Positions 44,908-53,118 of a DNA stretch of 64,000 bases are shown here, piece after piece (the stretch's first letter is position 1; every line of letters begins with the position of its first letter). Position numbers and translations under genes: made by a program. Origin of the DNA: a virus. The DNA lies in the IMG/VR virus record IMGVR_UViG_3300008259_000011, positions 1 to 64,000 of that record; one strand, 5' to 3'. The notes below the pieces were generated by a model. It was not told the origin of the DNA. It did not search any database and worked only from the letters and a program-made list of their open reading frames with translations.

Positions 44908-45663
44908 TCATTCGATGAATGTATCATCAAAAACTTTAATAGCTTTCGAGTATGATTTTTTGGTTTCATCACTGACGTTATCTGTATATTGCCAGTTCCA
45001 AAATAACTCTTGTGGAGTATTAAATCCGTAAAATTCCAGTACAGCTTTTTGTGTTTGTGTAACATCTTTTCCATTCCAGTTTTGACCAATAGCAATAACA
45101 CCAGCATCAATATTCTTAACAATATTGGATTCACCAAGGGTTGAATGACGGTTTTCAATCCACGTCAAACGTTCTATTAGTTTCTGATAAATACTGTTGG
45201 TCTGTCCCCAACGTATAGATGTAAAAAATAAAACTACATCACTCTCAAATAATGGTTTGCTAATCTTCCAAAGTTCATCTGATTTGTTATTGATACTTGC
45301 CCAACAACGATGATATCCAGTTGGATCTTTTTCTTTATCTTTTAACACCGCACCTTTTTCTCCACAATGATTGCCCCACTTGGATGACACATTTCCTTCA
45401 CATACAAAAATATTGAGTTTGCTTGCATCAATAAATTCACACTTATCACTACCCAATCTTTCACAAACTAACTTAGCCAATTTAGTTGACTTTGCTTCAT
45501 CGTCCTTATGACCTTCCCAACGATTTGATGTGCCAATCAACAACACTTTCTTTTTGGTTTGAAGATACTTGATTGTGTTATCTAGCCGCAATTCATTTTT
45601 TTCCATGTCTTTTTGACTGGAATTCGCAGCAGCTTCAACCAAAAAATCGGAGAGTTTTACCAT
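44908..45663 (-). CDS. Flavodoxin-like / NAD(P)H-dependent FMN reductase family protein
   Basis: VLLIGTSNR loop, CEGNVS..CG..CWAS cysteines, DVVLFFTSIRWG..QKLIERL. Confidence 0.68.
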   Translation of the reverse strand: MVKLSDFLVEAAANSSQKDMEKNELRLDNTIKYLQTKKKVLLIGTSNRWEGHKDDEAKSTKLAKLVCERLGSDKCEFIDASKLNIFVCEGNVSSKWGNHCGEKGAVLKDKEKDPTGYHRCWASINNKSDELWKISKPLFESDVVLFFTSIRWGQTNSIYQKLIERLTWIENRHSTLGESNIVKNIDAGVIAIGQNWNGKDVTQTQKAVLEFYGFNTPQELFWNWQYTDNVSDETKKSYSKAIKVFDDTFIE

Positions 45664-45670
45664 ATCGTCC

Positions 45671-45678
45671 TATAAATA
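45671..45678 (-). promoter_or_regulatory. Putative late promoter motif TATTTATA
   Basis: 7 nt before the ATG at 45663. Confidence 0.6.
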
Positions 45679-45704
45679 TAATACAACAAGTCGTTTTTGT
45701 ATTA

Positions 45705-48020
45705 TTAATTGTAATACGGCACCCTCTTGCCATTGATCGATAACCAGCCATCCGGTGCTTTTAATGGACAAACCACATCAACGGTACCGGGAGTTGACGC
45801 CAATGTTGTACTAGTAACAGTCGCACTAACAGTTGCAGGTGCAGTAGTTGTAGGAACAGTAGCGGAGTCAGTAGCTTCCAAATCAGTAAACTTGCCTTTT
45901 TTATGATTTGTCCCATCTTGACCAATATCAACATTGTTAATATTACCCACCGCCGTTGGTTTAATTTCCAATACGGTACTTGGGTTAATATAAACTTTTC
46001 CACCAATACCACCATCTGCCTGCGGACTAATACTTACAGTTCCTTTTTTAATATGAAACGTTGCATCGTTTGCAGTATGTGCGCCACTACCACTAACATC
46101 AAACTCGAAACGAGCTGCGTTTAACATGTACAAACCTTGTTTTGGATTAGTTTGTTCGGTGGTAATAATCAAGTTGAATACTTTTAACCCATTAGTAGTA
46201 TCGGATGAAATAACACCGGGAATAAGTTTATTCAAAGATGATCCAGACGGATCAAACGACGTGATCGTTCTTAAATCAGAATATACTAAATTAGAGTTAA
46301 CATCAAACAATTCTGATTTTATTTCAAACTGTTCACCCGCAACAGTTACAGGAAATGGTATACGAGACGTAAATATTTCAGGAGAAAAAGATGGTTCCGA
46401 ATATGTCGATAACTGTAAGTCAGATAATGTGGATACACAATTTTTAGTGTATATTACCATCGTTCCATTAAACTGTTTACCAAATCGACTATAAAATGTA
46501 TGAGGGTCTGGATGATACAACGACGATGACCGTTCATCCAAATAAATTTCTCCGACCTTAACTCCACGAACATTATCAAAATTTGGATCACCATTAACTT
46601 CGTTGATCAAAGAAGATGTTATGTAAAAACTAACACTTGCAGGTTGAGTTGTATCTGATTTGATAATTTTGGATCTGACTGAAAACTTATATGTAACATC
46701 TGGATAAAACCGCATGAAGTTACTGTCATATGCCATTCCAGATTCATTCAACACCGAAGTTTGATCATATGGGGTGTATTCATGTGTAACACTTCCACCA
46801 TTGGTATCATTTTTTACAATAATGTATTGTTCATTATTAGTGCTATTTGTAATAACCATTGCGTCCATCAAATATGATGAATCTCTAGTAAAACTGATTG
46901 TATTGGAACTACTAAACCAATAGTGATGTAAATGTGTTGGGTTTGGAAATGATCCTAGACTTTTATAATAACTGTTTGGTGTGGCTGAATCTACTAAAGC
47001 CTGTGAATCAACAAAAGGTTCGTCTGCAATAATCTCAAAATCACCGGCTGCACTTAAACTTCTACGATACAATTTGTGACGATAAATGTTACCAGAAAAA
47101 GTCTTTAGGTTAGTATATGTTACAAATGCAACCGATTGATTGTATGATGAACTTGTAATAAATCTACCATCATACTTAACGTTTGTAATATTAGCAGACA
47201 AAGTACCATCTACAATATTTGAAATTATTTTCTTGTTTTTATTATCGACGTAATAAATTGGGTTCTTCAACTTGACCGTGTTTTCACTCAATACATCGGT
47301 AATAACGTTTGATGATGTTAAACTGGTTACAATATCACCATCCAATTTAGTTGCATAGATATCTACCAATGCGTTTTTCATTGAAGATGAAACAACCAAT
47401 GAACCATCTAAAAAAGTAAGACGATAATCAATTGGAGTTGACCCGATATCAAACAATCCATAATCATCATTTTTCTTGGGGGTTACCGCATAAGTTGTAA
47501 TTGGAGTATTATTAATAACTGTCAAATACCCCGAAGAATTGTCTGATGTAATTGGAACGAAAGTCGATGTTACTGACAATATGGGAGATTTATAAAATAT
47601 GACCTTCGATGTATTTTGTACAGATGGATTGATTTGAATATTACCAATCCAACGTATCAGTTTGTTTGTCTTTTCACGACCAACAATAATAACTTTACCA
47701 ACACCATAAGGAGTATCGTTATAAACGTATACCGATATTCTAACCGCGCCACCTTCCTTATAGGCGATGTTGTTGGTCTTAGCCACCTCAACATACAATG
47801 ACCGACCCTGACTGTCTAAAACCTCAATTTGAATAGGACTATTAACTGCAAGTTTATCGGACCCATTTAACAAAAAAGTATTCTTACCAGCAGTAAACTT
47901 GGGTGAGTATTCCGATAATATAAAATACTCGGACAAAAACGAACTATCTTCAATATCGACTCGTAAATCAGATAAGTTCAGCTTTTGTCCGGTATTTCTT
48001 GCATTTGATATTAAAGCCAT
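45705..48020 (-). CDS. Large virion structural protein (putative baseplate/tail-associated)
   Basis: Ser/Thr-rich, beta-type composition; FTAGKNTFLLNGS..IQIEVLD; start placed at MALISN. Confidence 0.6.
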   Translation of the reverse strand: MALISNARNTGQKLNLSDLRVDIEDSSFLSEYFILSEYSPKFTAGKNTFLLNGSDKLAVNSPIQIEVLDSQGRSLYVEVAKTNNIAYKEGGAVRISVYVYNDTPYGVGKVIIVGREKTNKLIRWIGNIQINPSVQNTSKVIFYKSPILSVTSTFVPITSDNSSGYLTVINNTPITTYAVTPKKNDDYGLFDIGSTPIDYRLTFLDGSLVVSSSMKNALVDIYATKLDGDIVTSLTSSNVITDVLSENTVKLKNPIYYVDNKNKKIISNIVDGTLSANITNVKYDGRFITSSSYNQSVAFVTYTNLKTFSGNIYRHKLYRRSLSAAGDFEIIADEPFVDSQALVDSATPNSYYKSLGSFPNPTHLHHYWFSSSNTISFTRDSSYLMDAMVITNSTNNEQYIIVKNDTNGGSVTHEYTPYDQTSVLNESGMAYDSNFMRFYPDVTYKFSVRSKIIKSDTTQPASVSFYITSSLINEVNGDPNFDNVRGVKVGEIYLDERSSSLYHPDPHTFYSRFGKQFNGTMVIYTKNCVSTLSDLQLSTYSEPSFSPEIFTSRIPFPVTVAGEQFEIKSELFDVNSNLVYSDLRTITSFDPSGSSLNKLIPGVISSDTTNGLKVFNLIITTEQTNPKQGLYMLNAARFEFDVSGSGAHTANDATFHIKKGTVSISPQADGGIGGKVYINPSTVLEIKPTAVGNINNVDIGQDGTNHKKGKFTDLEATDSATVPTTTAPATVSATVTSTTLASTPGTVDVVCPLKAPDGWLSINGKRVPYYN

Positions 48021-48050
48021 ATGTATTGTAATTAACAATACATATAGAAA

Positions 48051-51000
48051 TCACTGGAAATTAATCCGTGAAAACCCAGCATCTTTGACGATCTCAAGAC
48101 GGGTATCAACCATGTCTTTGAGTACATCCAAGTGACTAACAACCCAAACAAAGTCAAAATTACTCTTCAAGAATGAGAACAAATTAGCCATGGCAGACAA
48201 ATGATCACTATCAGCACATCCAAACCCCTCATCAATAGCAATAAAGTTAGGACGTGGTAGATTGGATACATTGATCAACGCAACTCTAATAGCCAACGAA
48301 CTCACAAACTTCTCTAACCCACTTGCCAATTCCAAAGGCCACTTCTTGTCATCGTAAACAATGTATGCCATAATGTTCTTGCCATCAGTCTGAAACGAAA
48401 CGGTAAACTCAACAATCTGATTAAGTATGTTGTTAACCTCAGATTCAATACCAGGCAACGCCTTAGAGATAATTTGATACTGAAGTCCATCTCTGGAAAC
48501 GGCATCCACATAATAAGTGTAAGCATTATGAATCTTTTCAGTCTCCTTCATTTCAGCAATCTTGGCTTCAATCTGAGACTTCTGATAGGTCCAATTGTTG
48601 ATCTTACTCTTGGTGTCGGTAATATTAGAGTTAACATTACGAATGTTAAAGTCGATGTTCTTAATGTTTGCCTTAATGTCATCAATCGCCTTTTGAACCT
48701 TAAGATTCGATTCAATAGCGTCCTTTGCATCATAATATTCTTTAATCTTAACTTCAATCGATTCCAACAAGTTCTTTTCCTTTACAATCGTATTCTCACG
48801 TTGTAATTGAAGATTTTCAAGATTAGAAATATTCTTGGTTAACGTTGTTAGACTGTTAAGAAGATTTCTATACTCCTGAAATTGATTAGCAACAGTTTCA
48901 ACGACACCCAACTTGTTTTTCACAGTAGTCAGTTTTTCAATCAGACCTTTAGCTTCAATCTTATCATTTTCAAGATCTTCTTTAGTCTTGATTGCATCTT
49001 GAACAAACACGTTGTTAACACAGAATGTACAATTTGGATCATACTTGTGGTTTTCAAGTTTCTTCAACTTATCCAACTTATTTGTAACAATCAACTTCTT
49101 ACGTTCCAACTGTCCTTCAATGTTAGACGCTTCCAATTTCAAAGTATTATACTCCGAATACTTGGACTCAATATCATCAGACTTGAACTTTTCAACCTTG
49201 TCATTGATTGGCTTGATGTCATTCTTCAACTTCTCAATGTTGGGAACCTCGGTATCATACTTCAACTGTTCACTGACGATTTTTCTGTCGGTATTAATAC
49301 GTTGTGTTTCCAATCCACTTATATCAGTAGTTGTGACATTCACCTTGATCAACTGCTTAGTTGTCTCAGCAATCTTCTCATTTTCAACTTCACGACTATC
49401 CGTTAATGTTTTTAGTTCTTCGTCCTTTAAACGAATAACAGATTCAGCATTATTGATATTGGTAGTCAATGTCTCCAACTCTGCGTTGTAATCGGTCTTG
49501 GCAAAGTTCTTCATCAAGATTGCCCATTCACGCATCTTGTCATTTGCCAGTCCGTGCAACTTATCAAATATAGTAAGTCCCATAAACTGTGCCAATAGAT
49601 CCTTACGTTCAGTCTGACCAAGATCAATGAAAGAACCAGTCTTACTGTTCTGAATACTCAATACAGTTAAAATAAAGTCATCATAAGTTCCAACATAATC
49701 ACGAATCAAATCGTTAGTATTACGACGTGCTTCACCGTTGAGTTCAATTACTTGACCCTTTTCTTCTTTCCAAAAACGTACATCAACCTTGACGCTTCCT
49801 TTTTTATCAGCGTGACCAATACGTTCAATAAAGTAATCAACCTTATCAATTTCAAAGTTAAACTTACACTTGAACGACATCTTTTGTGTATTCATTACGT
49901 GAACGGCTTTAAAAGCACGATCACACTTGTCAAATATACAAAAGGATAATGCCGAAAGAATACTGGATTTGCCACTTGCGTTTGCAGCAAATAGTCCCAC
50001 AACGTCTTTCATTTTGCTAAAATCAATTACATTACCTTCGCCGTAACTGAACATATTATCAAACTCAAACCGTTTTGGCTTCCATCGAATATTCTTAGCG
50101 GTTAAATCCTTGACAATTTGATCATTCAACTCCTTGTTGATCTTTTCAACCTCACGAATCAAAGAGTCAGGAATATTAGTATGTTTATCTTGAAGATATT
50201 CCGCAATCAATTTGTTCTGATACGAAATATTTGAAAGACCGTGAATATTCAAATTTGGAACCGTTGAATTGTTCACACTTGAGGCCAACTGGTCCACACG
50301 TAGATAATTGATATCAACAATCTCAGTATGTTCACGAATCTGTGAGATGACCGTCTTGAGTTCAGTTGCAACCGACTCAAATGCTTTGATTCGAAGCGTG
50401 GTTTTCTTTGGAATATCCGTCAAATCGGTAATCAAAGTTCCTTTGTTAACCTCGACAGTAAAATATCCATGGTCGTTCTTTACCTCAACGTGTTTGAATT
50501 TGAGAGTCTTCAAATCCCAATAAACAAACCCATGACCTTTCAATTCTTCACCATGGTTCTGTTGAATCAATGAACCAGAATACACAACCACGGGTTTACG
50601 AATCTTTTCATCAATAACGTGATAGTTCTGAAGAATCTGATGACGATGAATATCACCCAACAAAATAATTTGATGTCCATCAAACAGTTCGTTTTTGGTG
50701 TTACTCGTAACTTTATACCCAATGTCAGTTACAGCACTATCAACTGGTCCATGATATAGTCCAATATGATAAGAAGTGTTATTAACATAAATCTTGGGAA
50801 TCTTTTCAAACTTAATATAATTCTCAGGTGAATGTTCATCAAATACCGAGAAGTTATTGAACAAGATATCACCCAACTGATACACACCAGTATCCTTTAG
50901 ATAAAAAAGATTTGGGTGTTTAAGAGCGTTAACAATAGGACTCAAACTATCCAACCTGTTTTTGTTGGTTAGAGTTGCGTCATGGTTTCCAGCAGTAAGT

Positions 51001-51260
51001 ATGGTTGGACGACGATCTGCCAAGTTTTTTAGAAACTGAGACGCAATTTCTACGCACTCAGGACTAAGATCACTCTTGTTGTGAAACACGTCACCCACCA
51101 CACAAATAGCAGTGGTCTCGGGTGTCTTTTCAATTGCCTTATATAGGTTCTTGAACACCTCTGTATATTCCGCATGACGTTTAGTTAACAAAATATGAAT
51201 GTCTGCCACGTGCAGAATATTCGTAAAGTTTGAAACGTCACAATTTAGTTTTGTAATCAT
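48051..51260 (-). CDS. Fused Mre11/SbcD nuclease - Rad50/SbcC ATPase (gp47-gp46-like)
   Basis: HVADIH, GDVFH, GNHD, LGDIH (phosphoesterase); ANASGKSS (Walker A), coiled coil with CTFC hook, LASGLE signature, IAIDEGF (Walker B), VSH. Confidence 0.92.
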   Translation of the reverse strand: MITKLNCDVSNFTNILHVADIHILLTKRHAEYTEVFKNLYKAIEKTPETTAICVVGDVFHNKSDLSPECVEIASQFLKNLADRRPTILTAGNHDATLTNKNRLDSLSPIVNALKHPNLFYLKDTGVYQLGDILFNNFSVFDEHSPENYIKFEKIPKIYVNNTSYHIGLYHGPVDSAVTDIGYKVTSNTKNELFDGHQIILLGDIHRHQILQNYHVIDEKIRKPVVVYSGSLIQQNHGEELKGHGFVYWDLKTLKFKHVEVKNDHGYFTVEVNKGTLITDLTDIPKKTTLRIKAFESVATELKTVISQIREHTEIVDINYLRVDQLASSVNNSTVPNLNIHGLSNISYQNKLIAEYLQDKHTNIPDSLIREVEKINKELNDQIVKDLTAKNIRWKPKRFEFDNMFSYGEGNVIDFSKMKDVVGLFAANASGKSSILSALSFCIFDKCDRAFKAVHVMNTQKMSFKCKFNFEIDKVDYFIERIGHADKKGSVKVDVRFWKEEKGQVIELNGEARRNTNDLIRDYVGTYDDFILTVLSIQNSKTGSFIDLGQTERKDLLAQFMGLTIFDKLHGLANDKMREWAILMKNFAKTDYNAELETLTTNINNAESVIRLKDEELKTLTDSREVENEKIAETTKQLIKVNVTTTDISGLETQRINTDRKIVSEQLKYDTEVPNIEKLKNDIKPINDKVEKFKSDDIESKYSEYNTLKLEASNIEGQLERKKLIVTNKLDKLKKLENHKYDPNCTFCVNNVFVQDAIKTKEDLENDKIEAKGLIEKLTTVKNKLGVVETVANQFQEYRNLLNSLTTLTKNISNLENLQLQRENTIVKEKNLLESIEVKIKEYYDAKDAIESNLKVQKAIDDIKANIKNIDFNIRNVNSNITDTKSKINNWTYQKSQIEAKIAEMKETEKIHNAYTYYVDAVSRDGLQYQIISKALPGIESEVNNILNQIVEFTVSFQTDGKNIMAYIVYDDKKWPLELASGLEKFVSSLAIRVALINVSNLPRPNFIAIDEGFGCADSDHLSAMANLFSFLKSNFDFVWVVSHLDVLKDMVDTRLEIVKDAGFSRINFQ

Positions 51261-51265
51261 ATATT

Positions 51266-52228
51266 TTATAAATTTATCTTCAAACGAAACAAAGATTCGA
51301 AATCTAAAACGGGAGAGTTATTTATAACTTCCCAAGTCTTTTCAAATCCGATTTCCGATGGATCTTTACCATCAAGTTTTACCAACTTTGTTTCAATACT
51401 GTTCTTCAACAAAAACTCACTTATTCTAATGGAGTCTGATAAAGCATCATTGTCCAAAACAATATTAACACTTTGTACTTTATTACTGATCAACGCAGAT
51501 TTCAACTTATTTGAAAGTGTTTTTCCAAACAAAGGAATAGCGTTATTACGAATCGAAATTGCATCAAATGCACCTTCGACTAATGTAATCGGTTGGTTGT
51601 AATCTACAAACATCTCAAATCCGATAATGTCTTTTGAGCCAAAACTGTTTACATATTTCATTTTAGCATCTTCAAAAATGCTACGAGTTGAGTAAAAGTT
51701 TAATTGACCAGATGCATCATATGATGGAATTAAAACTCTTCCATGAAATTGACCACCCTCACAGTACCCAATATTATATCTCAATACATCATATTTGGTA
51801 ATGTTTCTCGACTTTAAGTACTGAAGTGCATGTCTACCAATCAAAGTAAGTTCGTCATCATAAAATGATCGATATTCTTTTGGAAGAACCAAGGGTACAA
51901 CAGAAATACTCTTCTTCTCAGAAAAGATTTCCAAAATAGCGTTAATATCGTTCTGAGGAAGTTTTCGGTACGTCTCGGTATTTTTATAGATTTGACCAAG
52001 ATATTCACCAGACAGTCCAAGTTTCTTGAACAACGTTTTCAGAGATGTCCCAGATAACCCACACACCCAACAATGATATTTGCCGGTAACTGTATTTATT
52101 TCCAACTTTCGTTTGTAGTGTTTACAGACGGGACAATAATAAACCGCGTCAGTACCCTTACGAATCTTCGCAGATTGTTTGAGCGCTTTATTTAGAATTG
52201 TTACGACTTCCGTCTGATACAACAACAT
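51266..52228 (-). CDS. DNA primase (DnaG/gp61-like)
   Basis: Zn finger CPVC...HCWVC, YLKSRNI, RVLIP, TOPRIM LVEGAFDA and LDND. Confidence 0.9.
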   Translation of the reverse strand: MLLYQTEVVTILNKALKQSAKIRKGTDAVYYCPVCKHYKRKLEINTVTGKYHCWVCGLSGTSLKTLFKKLGLSGEYLGQIYKNTETYRKLPQNDINAILEIFSEKKSISVVPLVLPKEYRSFYDDELTLIGRHALQYLKSRNITKYDVLRYNIGYCEGGQFHGRVLIPSYDASGQLNFYSTRSIFEDAKMKYVNSFGSKDIIGFEMFVDYNQPITLVEGAFDAISIRNNAIPLFGKTLSNKLKSALISNKVQSVNIVLDNDALSDSIRISEFLLKNSIETKLVKLDGKDPSEIGFEKTWEVINNSPVLDFESLFRLKINL

Positions 52229-52268
52229 GGGTATACTGTATCAGATACCAAGTCCAAATCAACTTATT

Positions 52269-52772
52269 TTAAGGTTTAAATAAAGCGCATACCACGGCAT
52301 CGTACATGTCACCGTTACGTTCGTCCCAACTTCCCTTTTTCTTTTTCTTGTCATATTTGTCAACTTCTAAGAAATTGACGATGTTGGCTTTAACGAACTC
52401 CTTGGATTTCATGCCTTTGATTCTGGCTTTACCAAAAAGTTGTTTACGCATGGTGTTAACATTACATAGGTTAATTTTAACACCCATTTCTTCGGAAAGA
52501 ATATACTCAAAAACCGCATTGAATCTTGCCAATTTGATGATGGTTTGTTGAGTTGTACGACCACCCATAAATCCACTCAACGCGGCTTCCATATTAACAG
52601 ATGTGATAACATCGTAATATTTGGTTGATTCCAGAAACTTTAAAACAAAAAAAGACTTCTCTTTGGAAGTCTCTAAATGTGATATATCTAAAAAGCCAGC
52701 GTCAATTATTTTACCGTTTTCTGAAACTGCCCATCCAACGGTAGACGTACTAGCGTCTAATCCTAATGTCAT
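52269..52772 (-). CDS. RuvC-like Holliday junction resolvase
   Basis: LGLDASTSTVGW, NMEAAL, DMYDAVV acidic catalytic pattern. Confidence 0.8.
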   Translation of the reverse strand: MTLGLDASTSTVGWAVSENGKIIDAGFLDISHLETSKEKSFFVLKFLESTKYYDVITSVNMEAALSGFMGGRTTQQTIIKLARFNAVFEYILSEEMGVKINLCNVNTMRKQLFGKARIKGMKSKEFVKANIVNFLEVDKYDKKKKKGSWDERNGDMYDAVVCALFKP

Positions 52773-52790
52773 AACTTATTTTTTGTTTGA

Positions 52791-53087
52791 TTATGGCTTG
52801 TACTTTGTAGTATCTTTTACTCTGTAAAATCCCTCGCCTGGATTTTTTGCATCACCCAAAACTTTGTCTTTGAAGTTCTCTTTTTTGTTGGTAGCCATAC
52901 CAATTGTAAATCCCGGTTCAATGGTCAAATCTATAGAAAGTTTTGAATATCCAAAATCTCCCTGAAGACCGAGAATAGCAGTGTTTGTACCAGCTTTCTT
53001 GGCATCAAATGCTCCACCAGTTTTGTCAGAAGCGTATCTTTGTTCAAGACTCTTTGTTAAAGAGGTTCTTTTGATTTGTTCGGCCAT
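52791..53087 (-). CDS. Hypothetical protein, 98 aa
   Basis: ORF with its own late motif at 53108-53115. Confidence 0.65.
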   Translation of the reverse strand: MAEQIKRTSLTKSLEQRYASDKTGGAFDAKKAGTNTAILGLQGDFGYSKLSIDLTIEPGFTIGMATNKKENFKDKVLGDAKNPGEGFYRVKDTTKYKP

Positions 53088-53118
53088 AAATTTAGTCTAT
53101 TGTTTATTATAAATATGA

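Noticed and set aside
52229-52265. Sigma70-like promoter before the primase (TTGATT-N16-TACAGT or TTGGAC-N16-TATACC)
   Set aside because: The matches are weak and this is a single instance in AT-rich DNA, too uncertain to call or to use for host inference.
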